Below, piece after piece: positions 12,083 to 24,890 of a stretch of 64,000 nt of DNA (positions are counted from its first letter, which is position 1; each line of letters begins with the position of its first letter). A program made the position numbers and the translations under genes. The stretch lies in assembly GCA_053919585.1 (NCBI GenBank), contig CM132793.1. One strand, written 5' to 3'. The notes below the pieces were generated by a model that was given only the letters and a program-made list of their open reading frames with translations, was not told the DNA's origin and did not search any database. The stretch is from Euprymna scolopes (lineage: Eukaryota).

Positions 12083-13879
12083 CTCAAGTATCAAAAGTGT
12101 CTAGATTGTAGAGACCTCTTGTGCAAGACGAGCATCAGAAATGCTGGTTTTACAGGGACTACTGGTGTAAATATAACATCAACAAACCGTTTACATTCAC
12201 TTTTTTAATTCTAAATTAAAATTTTAAATTTGCCGATCATTTTAGCGAAAAGGTAATCATTAGGATTTCGTATAAATGTCGGGAAGTGCTTAACTAAAAA
12301 GTGAAAAATCCATGAAGTTTGATTTTATCGAAAATTAAGTCATAGAAAAAGAGATGTTAAAATGTTTTAATATTTGAAAAATTTACTGCATTTTGTTAAA
12401 AGTTAAGTATTAATCACAGACAAAATTAAATTTTAAAAGAATCTGCAAAAAAAAAATACTATCAGTTAATGTTGCTGGAAGTAAGAAAAACTCTTTAAAT
12501 AGAGTTTTATAACTTAAGAAAATACCTTTATTTTTATATTTCATATTATTTCTTCCGTCATGAAATTTATATAAAAACCAAGATTGAAGTTAAAATAATG
12601 AATTGAAATTAAGTTTAATGTTGATTTGTTTATGCTTGTTTTTTTTTGTTGTTTGTTTTTTTTTTTTGGTGGGGGGGGGGCAAAATTTGCAAGATTGTAT
12701 CCATTTTGGAAGTTTTTACAAATCGGGCGTTGAAGAATTTATCAATCTTTATCTATCTCTTCTTAGTTTGTGACATGAACAGTGACATTACAACGCAATA
12801 GTAATTCACCTATTATGCTGTTTACCGTTTCAGTTATTTGTTCTTAGAGTCTATATTTACTGTTTTTTAATCTTTTTTTTTTATCTTAGCGTTTATCTAG
12901 TTGGTTTTAATCACAATGTTTAGTGCGACTGCCAATGGCGATTCCGTTTCTATTTTTCATACATGACTTCTGCACTTTTTTCTTCCCTCTCTTTCTTTTT
13001 CTCCTCCTCCCTCCTCCCCTCTCTCTCTCTCTCTTTCTTCCGCCTTCTAACTCTCTTTCGCTCTCTCTCTCTTTTTCTTTATCAATCATTATATATGCAT
13101 CTTTAGTTTCTCTTTCTTTTACTTGAACTTCTCTTACTCTTTTTAAAGTCGAATATAAGTTAGTCCGTTTAAGTACATAAATCAGAACAAACGGTTTTCT
13201 TTCTCTCTCCGCATAATACAGATACCAGCCCATATAGAGATGGTGTGTTGGTTATAATTGATTCCAACACGGTCCAACGTGAAAAACTTCAAGAGTTATA
13301 CTTATAGAAATCAAAAAATGGGCTACTGGTAGTAAAATATAAAATTGCACAAGGGCAATATTTAAAGGATAACTTAAACCTAATACACGTGAACCTAAAT
13401 CCCTTCTACAGATCAGAAAACACATTTTAAAGTCAATCGAACTATTTTAAAAACAGCTCTAGCAACAAAAATATATTTAAGAAGTCAAGCAAAATTTACA
13501 ACGCCGCTCAAAAATAGTCGAGGTGAAATCTAAGCAAGAAAATACCAATGATTATAATAGAACAAAAATAGAAGGAAGAGAAATATAATCTGGTTTACGC
13601 TACTTTATAATCCTATACAAACAATTAAACTTGATAAGTAATTTTTAAATCTCATCCAGAAAACACTTTTCTGTTACTAATCCTTTGCAGAAAGGACCCA
13701 ATAATTTTCAAACTGTCCTTCAGTGGATGCAAAAACTTAAAAAATGTTAATTTAAGTGCACAATAACAAAAACATAAACAAGAGTATTAAACGAAAAAGT
13801 AAAAACAAAATTAATAAGTATAGCAACAATAAAAATACTAAGAACAATAATATAACTACTAGAAATAGTAAGACGCAAT

Positions 13880-15845
13880 CAACTTCTGGCGTATATTGCC
13901 ACTTTGATGTAGGGAGTTACTATCAGGGACATAAGCTACAGGGATACTAAGTAGGGAGTTGGGCAGCAAGATGTCGGTCCACGTTACACTTGAACTTCTG
14001 CACGTCAGTACAGTTGGGGAAGCAGGGACCTGGAATGGAATTCCAAAGTCTAGCGGTTCTGGGGAAGAAACTACTGGAGTAAAAAGATATTTTACATCTA
14101 GGGATCTCTACTGTGTGTGGCTGGGATTTAGCTGCCTGTCGGATTTGTCGAGGGTGTTTACGTCATGGGGGCACAAGTGCTTGCAGTTCGTCAGAGCATT
14201 CACCATTAAAATACATGTAGAACAGGCAGAGGGATGCAACATTTCGTTAATGGGACAGAGGCTGAAGCTTAGATGACAGTTCAGGACCTATCAGGTTGGC
14301 GACTCTCTTTTGAACCTTGTCTAGGAGCGAGAGACTAGTAGCAGATGCACCAGTCCAAATATGACAATACTCTATACGTGGGAGAGTTGTGGCCTTATAG
14401 AGGTACAGGATACTTTCGAGCGTTAGTAGCGTTCTAGCACGGTAGAGAGAACCTACCTTTTTCGCATCGGTCCTGGCAATGCTCTCAATGTAATTGTTCC
14501 AACTCATGTTTCCTGTGAACGTTAGGCCGAGGAGTTTAAAAGAAGTATTTTCAGATAAAGAGTCTTTGGCCATTGCTATTAGTGGTAGAGAAGGTTTCTT
14601 GTCATTGAAGGAAACAAGTTTAGTCTTGGCAGCATTGAATGTGACCATCCATTTTTGTCCCCATTCCACTACAGATTGGAGGTCATCCTCCAGTGTTTCG
14701 GCTTTTTCCTTAGATATGTGTTCATTTGTTTTCCCGTCGTGTCTGTTATAGAGCGTGGTGTCATCAGCATATATACCCATCTCAAAGACAATTTTGTCAG
14801 GGAGGTAATTTATGAATATTAGGAATAATAGAGGTCCAAGGATAGACCCCTAAAACCCCTAGACTCCCGCATTTATATCATATTGTTTAGATGTACGACC
14901 GTCGAGGACAACCTGGATTTTTTCTTGTCTAAAAATGATTTGATTATGTTAAGTATTCGTCCATTGATACTGTATGATCTGATTTTCCTGAGAAGACCTT
15001 CATGCCATACCCTGTCAAAAGCCTTAGATATATCTAGAGATACCGCTCTACCCTCCCCTGCTTTGTCCAGTGAATCGTATATACGTTCAGAGATTACAGT
15101 TAGGATGTCTGCTGTGGAACGGGCTTAAGTCCATATTGTTGGTCGGTGAGAAGTTTAGCATTTGTAAGGTGATGGACTAGAGCTTGGTTAATTATGGACT
15201 CAAATATTTTGGTGAAAATGGGAGGAGGCTAATGGGGCGATAATTTAATGGGTCAGTTCTTTCGCCAGAATTCTTGAGAACTGGTATCACAGAGGCAGTT
15301 TTCCGGCAGTCAGGAAAGCAAGATTCATTAAGGTATTTGTTGTAAAGTTTGGAGAGAACTGAAGCTACTTTGGCGGAGCACTTTTTTAATAGCACAGCCG
15401 AGATAAGATCAGGTTCACATGCTTTTGAAGTGTCAAGATTTTTATGATAGCATGCACTTGAGAAGGGGTGATTTTCCTATCGTCTTCTGTGGCGTCTGTC
15501 CGCAAAGAAAAGTCCGGGAAAGAGTGGTTAGCAGGGTCCAGTGTGGAGTTGAAGGCAAACCGACTGGCAAGTATGTTAGCCTTCTCGGTTGCTGAGCAAA
15601 CAACCTCATGATTGTTGGATAGTGGGGGAATTGTTGATTGCCCATTATTTACTACACTGTTGTAGATTTTCCAGAAATCACGGGTTTCTAATTTCTGTGC
15701 TTTAATGCGTTTTCTTTTTTTTTTTGTATTTTTTTTTTTTGTGGTTTCAGTAAATTCTCTCTTAGCTGTTGCTATTTCTGTTACTTCTGGTTTCTATATA
15801 CTTCTGTCTGTTTGAACTGAACTTATGTCGGTTAAATCTACGGTA
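13880..15845 (-). mobile_element. CR1/Jockey-group LINE ORF2 (RT) remnant, frameshifted
   Basis: NYRPISLL, LDISKAFDRVWH, IYADDTTLY and LQPLSH motifs in order on the minus strand. Confidence 0.9.
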
Positions 15846-18800
15846 CGCATGCTGCCTTTGCGCAAAGACGCTTTCTTGCTCGATTCTCCTTACGTTTACA
15901 GGTTCAGCATATTGGTTATTCCCTGCTTGCAGTGGGCTCATCAAACCCATATCGAAGGTCCCATGCCCTTTCTTCTCCATCTGCCTGCCAATCTTCCCCA
16001 ACCCTTGCTTTAGTTTTGGTATTTGGACTTCCTTTGCTCCCCACTTTTTCTTCCACTTTGAGCACGAATCTGCTCCTCACATTTCAACATTCGGTCCCGT
16101 AACCAAACATGCAGCATATAGGCTTCCTCTAAGGTGCGTGGACTATTCCTTAAGGCCTCTATCTTGTCGTCCTATCCCACAGTGAATCTATCATCGCATC
16201 AACCAGTATGGCCTGTACCACAATTGTGTTATAATACTCTGCTTTTTAGGAATGTGAGGAGTGCTAATCCCGGAACGTGCTTGGCCAGCTCATCAATGTT
16301 TTCCCCGCCAGCCATTTTTAATCGAAACAGCTCCCATGCGGCCTCCCATAACTGTATGCAGTTATTTCGCTGGCATATTCTTTTTTTAACCACCCGCAAA
16401 GTTCAGACCAGGTTATTCCTGCTTATTCCTGAACTATCTTTATAAATGGTGCAAATAAACTCGAAAACTGGTCCCATCGCCGATTCATAGGTCAACGTGA
16501 CCATTTCACAGCCCGTAGACTAATTCTTTTTCTTTTCTATCGTCGTCGGTCAGTCCTTCAGACCAGCAGCACTTATGTTTATTCTCCATATCGGTTTTTC
16601 CATTTCCACTGGAACTTTCTTTACCCCCTCTCATCTTTCTTTATGACATATTCTACAACCTCATCTTGGGAGCCCATCATTTTATCCGACTACTGCTAGT
16701 ATTACCACCCGTATTACATAAGTACTCTGTGCAAAGTTAAATACAAAATTAAAACCATATATAGATAGAGCACAAAACTGCAAAGTGAAGAAGGGAACCA
16801 AAAATTAACCTACTGCCTTCTTGGTTGTCTACTCCCTTTGCTATCTTCTGGTGCTTTTGGCGAGCTAGCATTTGACCATATAATCAATTACCTAATGTCA
16901 GTGGTCTGACTATGCTCTCAAAGTCTCTTGAAAACAGAAATATTTTTCTTTCTCCCTTTTTCTTTCTTTTTTTTTTCTTTCTTTGGAAAAAAACAATTCA
17001 TCGAAGAAAAAAAGCAATGTCTGTCGTATCCTGGTCAAATGTACCACAAGATTGTGGTATCCTGGATGTAACGGCACCAAAAAAGCACCCTCATCATTCA
17101 ACAATATCCAATGAGTGACGTCATCGGATTCGACCGTTCTGGGTCCCTTGTTGCTCGGCGCTCGCTCTGGCGAAGGCTCCGAGTGTTGAAAGTACTGTCC
17201 GGCAAATTACCACTTCTCCTACGGTGCGAAAAGATCGAAGGAGCAAATCCTCTGGCATTGACCACTAAAGTTTGTATAACTGGGGAGGAAAAGTCATTTT
17301 AGCTAAAAGAAGATAGAATAATACTTCGACGATTGGTCTTTTGGGATAAAGTAACAATTATTCGTTGAAAAATCATTCACTCTGATTCTTCACAAGTCTT
17401 AACTAAAGCTCTTAATATTCGTATCTGAACGGCACTCTTTGTGTTGATTTTCAAGTTTAGCGATTTAAACCCTAAGTCTGAAGGTCATTTATTTAACGGC
17501 GTGGAGTCGGCATAAACAAAGAAATACCTCGGCTCGGTCCAGTTTAGTCTTTCTGCCCCCAAAGCTCCCGATGTACCGGCTTATATTGAGCCTGGAAGTC
17601 ATTACTCCGCCCCTCTCCCAACATAATTAAATTCAACAACACCCAGCCGTCTACAATTACCAGCACAAATCCCGATTCTGCAAAACTATGAATGGTCAAC
17701 AGGTATTTAAGTTTGTCGCTTTTTTTTTTTCTATTTTTCACTTCGTCATGCTATCATGAAATGAAGATTCTTCCGCGCTTTTTGAGGTGGTTCCCGAAAC
17801 GAGAAATGTAGTTCCTTAATTTGTATTAAAACAAGTTTTATTTATTACCTTGTAAACGTGAATCATGAGAAAGATTCAGGTAATTCAGTTATCATTCCGC
17901 TTTATCCTCTCAGTTTTGACAAGCAATTCTCACTTTCAGAGAACTTGATCAACGGCGTCTTGTTTCCAATATCGGTCAAAGACCATAATATTCTGATTAT
18001 AACAATAATAAAAAGCAGATATTCAAATCTTCCCCTGAGATTACAAGGCCACCTTTATTGAATAAATTTAACGTGGCTGAATAAAAAGCAATCATATTTT
18101 TTACCAACATCAGACAATTTTTATGTCACAAATCTCCGACAGTGAATTTATTAACAAATCAATATTTCTCTTCCTTTTTCTATATGCCAGAATAACTATA
18201 AAAAAAAAAGACCCCTGGGGGAAAAACAGAATGTTTCGTTATCAATCCCAGTTTTTATGACTTCTATATGCATTTAACACAGTTTCAACTTATTCTTTCC
18301 TTCTTTTTTCTGCCTTTTCATTCCTTCCTTTTCCATTGTCCGAATCTAGATATTTGTCTCTCGGATATGATAGCAACCTTTTGTCTCGTGAGACAGTGGC
18401 GTTCTGCAACTAATCTAGTGCGCTGCGGTATCTGCTGTGGTTATACAGTTTAAACCCAAGATGCAAGCCTAGACATGTGATAAGAGGATCTAGGTTTATC
18501 CAGTTACCAGAGTCCTCCACGAGGCGTTTCAGGTAAAGTCCGATGGAAAGGTAATCCAATACAGTCGTGGTCGCCGGAAAGGTGTTGCTATGATTCACCA
18601 TCCACTTATCGGGAATCTAAACAAGATGTTTGTCAAGTTTTACTCTTTTGTCTTTTCGAAGGTATTTGCCCATATCTAGTGAAAATTTGAAAATATCTCC
18701 AATTATGACGAAAAAAAAAACGGAGCTCGTCACCGTAGTTATGGTTGTAACATATAAACCCTTCTTAACCCGTCAAAATCACCACATTTAGAGCACAACT

Positions 18801-19084
18801 GAACCATAACAGTTGACTTTTGCATTTTAAAATTTTCTTCAAGCCGTTATATATAAAAATAATTTTATAAAATTAACAGTAAACTCTCTACAGTGCAATG
18901 TAGACTACTGTATATTGCAGACTAAGTTACTGCAGGGAGACATGTAAAGCTTTCTCTCGGTACACCATGGTGGGCCGCCCACTAGAGTAAATAATCAATC
19001 GATTTGATTGAAAAATGGATGAGTTTATCAATTTCGATGACAATAAAAGTATAGGATTGTCGAACGTTCATTGACTTTCATTTA

Positions 19085-19114
19085 ACCCTGGGAACCGTGG
19101 GGTCTCCTTGCTAG
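19085..19114 (+). mobile_element. Possible Helitron 3' terminus
   Basis: CCCTGGGAACCGTGGGGTCTCCTTG-CTAG|T. No 5' end identified. Confidence 0.3.
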
Positions 19115-19269
19115 TTTATGATAATAACATTATTATTAATAATAAGAAGAAGAAGGAGAAGAAGAAGAAGAAGAAGAAGAAGAAGAAGAAGAAGAATACT
19201 ATTTGTATAATTATTAAAACCTACCTTTTTCTATTCTATTTATGATTATACATCATAATATAATCTTTC

Positions 19270-19301
<32 letters not shown>

Positions 19302-19311
19302 CCTCTCTCTT

Positions 19312-19354
<43 letters not shown>

Positions 19355-20864
19355 TTATGGGTGTACGCTAGGTATATGCAAAAATGAATGACTGACCAAT
19401 GTCCAAAACATGTAAACATTTTTACCCCTCGTTTCACATTAAAATGCGCCAAAATTCAGGAAATTTTCAGTATTTATTAATGATCACGGAATATAATGAA
19501 CCCATTCTTCTTTTTTATCTTATTGGAAATCTATTAAATTGTGTAAAAAAAAAAACACTTTTACTAAAGTTATAGCTTTAAATACTAAAATAATGCATGC
19601 ATTTGTTTTGTTTTTTTTTTGTTTTGTTTTTTTTTTGTTTTTGGGGGTTTCTTTTGTTTTTGTTTTGTGAAAATAAAGCATTGTAGATTTGATTTAAAGA
19701 AAAATATTTATTTTTTCAGGAACATTACGAAAAAAGCTTCTAAAGTTTATGTCAATAATATCGTTATAACTCGAAGAAAAATTAATTTTCTTAAACTAAC
19801 AATAATATCATCGAATTAATTATTGTGTATTCAATATGTTTACCAAAAAAGTAATAATTGCAAAAAGTATTTCATGACATTAATAAGGTAACATTTTATG
19901 CGTAAATTTTACATATAATATTTCAATGATTTCCGTGCACGCATGAACGTGTAAACATCAGCGTAATGTTTTTTTTCCCCATAATCTTGCAAAAAAAAAA
20001 TGCATCATGGCACACAAAAATATTAATTTAAAAAATGGGAAAATTTGAGACAACAGACCTCATTTGTTGATGCACAGTTTTGGCTTACTCATCCCATTTC
20101 AAGAAAGATCTTCAGAGAAAAATAAAGAAATTCTTACTTTTATTCATTTTATTCTAATTAAATAAGCTTTTCCTGTTTTATTACAGAAAAAATAAACGAA
20201 GTTATTCCGCTTATTGTGATCCGTAGTTTGGTGAAAATCAGCGCCATTTATAACGGGACTTTTTATTTGTTTGTTTTGTTTTTTGGGGGGTTTTTTTTGG
20301 GGGGGATGACATGCCGTAAATTTCTTTTTGGGTTTATTATGCATATTTTTTTTTTTTAATTTGGTATCTTTTAAGTTTAATTTACTAATTATAGTTGAAA
20401 TAGTGTAAGAAAACCGAGAATTATTTTTCCAGAGATTTTTTTAAAATTGATTTATTCGAACATGAAATTCGAACAAAATATCGTGTTTTTTTTTTGGGGG
20501 GGGGGGCAACATTTTTCACTGTGATTTTCTTTTTTTAACATGTAAATATACATTTTTTCTTTTTTAATTTTAAAATAATTTTTTATGGTATTTATTTTAA
20601 CGTTGTTTTATGGTTCTGAATATGATCAATGTAAAAAGACAGAACTGATACAAATTCTAAACTGGAACTCGTAGAAATCATACCAGCCTTTATGATTCAC
20701 CCTCCCCCAAAGTTACAGAAACCATTTTAAGATATGCGAATGATTGTAACTTTAAGAATTGTTTGTGTGCACGTGCGATAGTGTGTGCTTAATAAATGTA
20801 CCGTTTTAATGCATTCTACGAAGAACTTTGTGATTGAAACACGATTTAATTTGTCTTCTTCTTC

Positions 20865-20917
<53 letters not shown>

Positions 20918-20919
20918 AT

Positions 20920-21588
20920 ATAAAAAGTGGTTCTAGGAGAGGAAGTTGCTGCAGAATGCCGGATATGTCAGAGTCAATTACGCACCTTGCAGCAGAGTGT
21001 AGTGGACTGGACCAGAGAGAGTGTCGCAAAAGACACGATCGCATGGGACTCCGGATATATTGGGAGGTGTGTAAGAGGGTAGGAGTAAAGTGTGCTGGAA
21101 AATGGTTTGAGGAGGTGCCTCATGAAGTGAGAACAAGTGAGGATGGCAAGGTAGAGATATGGTTGGACAAAAATGTCATAACGACCAAGCAACTGGAACA
21201 TAATCGTCCGGATTTGGTCGACATTGACAAGGTCTCAAAAAACTGGCAGATTGTAGACTTCTCAGTACCCTGGGACAAGAATGTGAGAGAGAAGGAGAAG
21301 TGGATCAATTATGCTCCATTGGCCTTGGAGATAAGGCGTATACACGGGGTTAAAAAACAAATAATCCCAGTCATGGTTGGTACACTAGTCGTCTGGAAGG
21401 GCAATTGAAAAAGCTACAAATCTCCGATGTTTTAAGCGGCCTTCAGACCTCTGCAATTATAGGTACCACCAACATCCTTAGGAAAACCCTTGATCTTTGA
21501 AGCTCCTGGTTTGAAGCCAGGATTAAAGGAAATCCTCTGGAAATGAATCCCATCCCTTTCCAGAGAGACGATGATAAACGAAATCAGA
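20920..21588 (+). mobile_element. 5'-truncated R4/Dong-clade non-LTR retrotransposon (REL endonuclease)
   Basis: Degenerate CCHC (CRM..ESITHLAAEC), RHD, NRPDLV..IVDFSVPWD (PD-D/ExK nuclease) and C-terminal LQTSAIIGTTNILRK ending 21500. Flanked by (TAT)n at about 20866-20916 and 21589-21640. Confidence 0.85.
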
Positions 21589-21641
<53 letters not shown>

Positions 21642-22089
21642 GATCGCTTACTATATACTGTGTAGTATTGAAATAAACACAGGAAAATATTCCCATAATA
21701 ATTTGGAAGTGTGTGCGTGTGAACAGATTGTACTGCTTCTCACCAAATTAATAGAATGGCTTTTCCTTATGGGATTTCATTTAATTTTATTTGTATTGTG
21801 TTAGAATATCGCGGTCCATAAATACTGCTAACATAATGGCCAGCATGATCAGAATACCTATTTACAATGCCTCCCCACGGGACAGAGTTAGACACCAGGG
21901 TCGTTTTTTAACATGGAGAAAAGGAACAAAAATTAAAAATTATCTCAGTCGTGAAGTACTTCTCCACTTACAGAGAACAAGAAATTGAAGTGCAGCATCT
22001 GAAGAACAGATACTACACTGTGATCTCGGCCCAAAGATCTATTTTCAAACTGACGCACCGGCGTAGTAAAATATTTTAATCGTCTCTGT

Positions 22090-22590
22090 AATAAATTGTG
22101 TAATGTTTTAATAATTGCGTAATGTTTTAATAATTGTGTAATGTTTTAATAATTGTGTAATGTTTTAATAATTTTGTAATGTTTTAGCAATTGTATAATG
22201 TTTTAATAATTGTGTACTGTTTTAATAATTGTGTAATGTTTTAATAATTGTGTAATGTTTTAATAATTTTGTAATGTTTTAATAATTGTGTACTGTTTTA
22301 ATAATTTTGTAATGTTTTAATAATTGAGTAATGTTTTTATAATTTTGTAATGTTTTAATAATTGTGTAATGTTTTAATAATTGTGTAATGTTTTAATAAT
22401 TGTGTAATATTTTAATAATTGTGTAATGTTTTAATACTCATGTAATGTTTTAATACTCGTGTAATGTTTTAATAATTATCTAATGTTTTAATAATTGTGT
22501 AATGTTTTAATAATTGCGTAATGCTGTACTATACTTCAATATTCATGTAATACTGTAATAATTGTGTAATGCTGTAATAATTATGTAATA
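22090..22590. repeat. 19-bp minisatellite ATGTTTTAATAATTGTGTA
   Basis: Direct periodicity. Confidence 0.95.
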
Positions 22591-23039
22591 CTTTAATCTC
22601 TCCTTCTTTCTCCTCTATCCGGACATTTGTAGTTTTGTTTTTATTTTTCGTGTGAATATGCTTAAATGATGACTTCAGTGAAAATAAGGAAGAGATTAAA
22701 TCCTCATTTGAGTAATATCGTTGGTACCGGGCGTGGAGTGCTGCTAACGGTTTGTGGATGGGGGTCGCTTGGGTGTGGCACTCATTTGGGAAGGGCAAAC
22801 TGAAATTGAGAGGATAATCTTCTTCGTGATTTCTAGCCTCGTTTGTTTCGTTAATGGAACAGATTTAATGCTCGTTTTAAATCGCACGTCCCTAATTAAA
22901 AAAATGGCCATCATGCTCTGGTTCAAAGATGAAGCAATTGGGTGTTAATATTTTCTGTGAGGAAGTGCAAACTTGGAGTTAAAACATATTTTGCTTCTTT
23001 TTTTTCTCAAGTTATTTGAGATTTTGTCTTACAAGTGTC

Positions 23040-23847
23040 AGAATAACATTTGTGACTTAGAGAAGGGGTCTTATCGAATCTCAAGTTAAATACAACGGGC
23101 AGAAATGGGTTCTTTTAAAATATATGCCTACATCAAGGTATACTCTTTGATGTAGTCAAGTGAAGGTTGGAATTAAATGAAAATATTGAATGTAGCAGCA
23201 AGTTCCGGGAGCATATACCAGAAAGAACAGTTGGAAATAAGTCATGCACCATCAACTATGACTATGTAGTTCCTACAACTATGTGCATGGGGAACGGGGC
23301 TATGAAATCTGACATAATGATATGGGACAATAAAGAGGAAAGAAGCAACCTTAGTAGAAGTTAGTGTCACCAATGATGGGTTAAACAGATTTGAGAGAGT
23401 AAGCATAACGAAATGCCAATGTTTTATGTGCGAGTAATGTTCAGGGAGGGTTGAGAACACGTTCAACTTTGAATTCATTGGATTGCCTACTGCCAAGGAT
23501 GGATGAAGAGAAGATAAAACAGTTCAGAAATTCCATCACATTCAAAGATGGTCTCCTGTGGTGAAACTAATGAAAAACGTGACTTAGACAAACGACAGCG
23601 CCCCTGTCTATCCTGCCAGATGACGGAATCGAGAAAGGAAAGAGAAAATATGAAATTTAATCTATAGACATATATCAGCTTATTAATTTGCATGTGGCGT
23701 AAATTTGCACACAAGGACAATGACGGCTGTGAAAAGGACGAATGGGAAAGCGCAGATCAGTCTTTTTGGTGGGGCAGCTGTGAGAGTTAGAGAACATACG
23801 GTGACGATTACAGTTGAAGTCAGGAGTTTGGACGAATATATATTATA

Positions 23848-23848
<1 letters not shown>
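23040..23848 (+). mobile_element. Older decayed REL-endonuclease non-LTR fragment (R4/Dong/NeSL-like)
   Basis: KSDIMIWDNKEE / KATLVEVSVTNDGLNRFER resembles the PD..E nuclease motif. It is followed by (TAT)n at about 23849-23893. Confidence 0.55.
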
Positions 23849-23892
<44 letters not shown>

Positions 23893-24009
23893 TGATCTTA
23901 GTTTTATTCATCATGTGAAACTTCAATGGTATGAAGATAAAGTAAAATAAATAACCACAATGCTGATCTCAAGAGGCTAAAGAAGGTCTTTAATAGACAT
24001 GGGGAATAA

Positions 24010-24890
24010 ATTTTTGAGCAGCAAGAAGACGAGGGTATTATCGAAGAAATTCCTGAACTATTTGGAGATTACATCTGGATTCCCCATCGATCGGTAGGAA
24101 AGCTGGTCGACCAAACTACTTCGAAGGTGAGACCTGTGTTCATTCATCTAAACATAAATACTCGATCTCATTAAACGACGCAGAATATCCTGAAGTAAAT
24201 CTTATGATGAGCATGTAAGAACTGATGATTCGATTCACAACAAACAGATATGTCTTGTTACCTGACGTCAGAAATGCATTTCTTATAATTCACCTAGCGT
24301 CTAAAAAGGATCGTAGTCGGTTTTGTGTTGTTTTACTGAAGAACATTACATTGTTACCGGTACAAAACTATTATACGTGGCTTCAATGCAAACATCTTTA
24401 TTTAAAACTGTGCACTAAAGTCTCACGCATCCAAATTCCTGGATAAATGTTCAGAAGCACTGAGCTTAAATTTTTATTTAGACAATCTTGTGAAAATCAG
24501 GAATGATGCAAAAGCCGTATCTGCTCTTAATACATCTGCAAGAGAGCGTCTTCAGACTGAAAATTTGGATTTATAGTCCTGTAATTCCAAATGTGCAAAG
24601 TTCCAAAAGAAAATGGAGGAAAATAAAACATTATCAGGATTCGATTTTGGTTTGGAAAAAGTGTTGGAATATCTGAATGCCCCTGTTCAATATTCCATGA
24701 AGATTCCTCACACTCATGCAATATTGAGGTGACAATTAGGAGGAAGATATTGTCTGCAATCTTTGAGGTACTTGATCCTTTGTCTCTTAATCTATTTGCG
24801 ACGGTGCAAAGTCGTTGATGAGGGAACTGTGGAAATAAAACTGAGCTGAGATGATGTCGTTCCTCAAAGCATGCGCTCAGTTTGAAGAAA
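24010..24890 (+). mobile_element. BEL/Pao LTR retrotransposon pol remnant
   Basis: EGIIEEIP..YIWIPHRSV..TTSKVRPVF..SLNDA..IRFTTNRYVLLPDVRNAFL..FYLDNL..RRKILSAIFEVLDP match BEL/Pao RT and downstream motifs. Disrupted; no LTRs seen. Confidence 0.8.

Noticed and set aside
12907-13233. Charged or hydrophobic ORFs of 67-108 aa
   Set aside because: They derive from a CT/GA microsatellite. The same applies to the poly-Y, poly-I and IY ORFs elsewhere in the window.
15845-16500. Possible retroelement ORF1/zinc-knuckle remnant on the minus strand
   Set aside because: Only a vague RKPICC motif; too decayed to call.
17040-18700. Possible decayed Tx1/L1 ORF2 on the minus strand
   Set aside because: Motif resemblance is too faint without a profile search.
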